From Candidatus Kaiserbacteria bacterium (GTDB lineage: Bacteria > Patescibacteriota > Minisyncoccia > Phycocordibacterales > UBA918), in NCBI GenBank assembly GCA_031423775.1, contig JANPGF010000038.1, forward strand, positions 1 to 35,558: 35,558 nucleotides of DNA. Direction: 5' to 3'. Made by a program: the position numbers and the translations under genes. The notes under the pieces are model-generated. The model had not been told where the DNA came from. It was given only the letters and a program-made list of their open reading frames with translations, and ran no database searches. Of this stretch, positions 34,720-35,558 are shown in pieces (position 1 is the first letter of the stretch; each line of letters starts with the position of its first letter).

Positions 34720-35558
34720 TATAAGCCTAGGTTTGGCGTTGTACTTACCTTACAGGCGTCTTTCGTTGCGTCGTAGTCACTTGCGTACGCTGCAATACAA
34801 TAGGCTTGTTTACCACCGTCACCCGTATAGGCTTCCGGTAGGGGGTCTGGGAATGCTTTGTAGTCCCATAATGCTTTAAAACGACAAACCTCATTTACGG
34901 AGTCCCAAATAGCACCATCCCCGCGAGCCAAACAGTCCGCCTCGTCAGCTTCAGGGTTGCCTGTTGAACTAGCTACCGCATCACCAATTTCGCAGGTTTT
35001 AGAACTAAGCCAAGTGCCGCCACGTACCTGGGTACAACAAGTAGCACTCCCGTTAATATCACAAGATGCCGCTTTAGATTTATCGTAAATACAAACAGCA
35101 GGGGCGGTTCCCCATTCCCAATGGGCTCCAAAATCTCCGCTCGTGTTCATATATACCCCCATGGTATTAGCTTGAAAAACACCCTGTAACACGGAACTAC
35201 AAATACGATTACAGGTATCGATACCAGACTCATTGGCAGTTGCATCATTTTCTATTCCCTCACAAATATAATTAACACAGTTTGAGCCTGCTAATGAACA
35301 GAGATTTTTTGCATCGCTGTTGGCCTTCTGGGCTTGAGCGAGTAATTCCTGTAACGTCGAAGAACTATTAGTATTATCAAGAGGATTGATAGCAATCATA
35401 TTCTTGGTGATATCAGTATTCACCGTATTTAAAATCAGTACCGCTCCAAGAATAATCAGGAGTCCCACAAGGGCGCCTTTAATCTCTTCCTTCGCCTCCT
35501 GTTTGTGCGTCACTACATCATCAAGCATGTACTTAGCTCCAGCAATCACTATTTTAAA
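34719..35558 (-). CDS. Pilin-like (TrbC/VirB2-type) membrane protein with Cys-rich extracellular tail, 5'-partial
   Basis: The frame is open to the window end. It reads IAGAKYM...EAKEEIKGALVGLLIILGAVLILNTVN followed by many Cys residues. Confidence 0.75.
   Translation of the reverse strand, partial: FKIVIAGAKYMLDDVVTHKQEAKEEIKGALVGLLIILGAVLILNTVNTDITKNMIAINPLDNTNSSSTLQELLAQAQKANSDAKNLCSLAGSNCVNYICEGIENDATANESGIDTCNRICSSVLQGVFQANTMGVYMNTSGDFGAHWEWGTAPAVCIYDKSKAASCDINGSATCCTQVRGGTWLSSKTCEIGDAVASSTGNPEADEADCLARGDGAIWDSVNEVCRFKALWDYKAFPDPLPEAYTGDGGKQAYCIAAYASDYDATKDACKVSTTPNLGL

Overview
This is a chromosomal window around the replication origin of a small-genome bacterium. It is probably Patescibacteria/CPR (Parcubacteria-like); that assignment is an inference from the compact housekeeping genes, CPR-style pilin and surface proteins, and the near absence of Shine-Dalgarno motifs. 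Recognisable core genes are rpsT, ruvA, a murE-like ligase, lnt, a TrmH-family methylase, holA, polA, tsaE, a GspE/PilB ATPase, ruvB-yebC-ruvC, tyrS, a class A PBP, a DciA-like protein, dnaN, dnaA, rpmH (missed by the ORF track), rnpA and yidC. DnaA boxes lie on both sides of dnaA. The most unusual region is the tRNA-Lys(TTT) locus (about 13.97-16.22 kb). Two tRNA 5'-half pseudo-copies with inserted hairpins lie upstream of the tRNA. Downstream is a modular array in which a unit recurs: [tRNA 3'-end or look-alike] [hairpin] [antisense copy of the tRNA end] [conserved ~69-nt covarying hairpin] [small accessory gene]. This looks like a tRNA-anchored gene-cassette system, with no recombinase in the window. 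Other unexplained structure includes a 6S-sized rod-like RNA candidate with a convergent small RNA between gspE and ruvB, nested inverted repeats beside the origin, and a window-wide pattern of -10 boxes 6-10 nt upstream of start codons (near-leaderless mRNAs). All calls were made by eye; no searches or folding computations were run.
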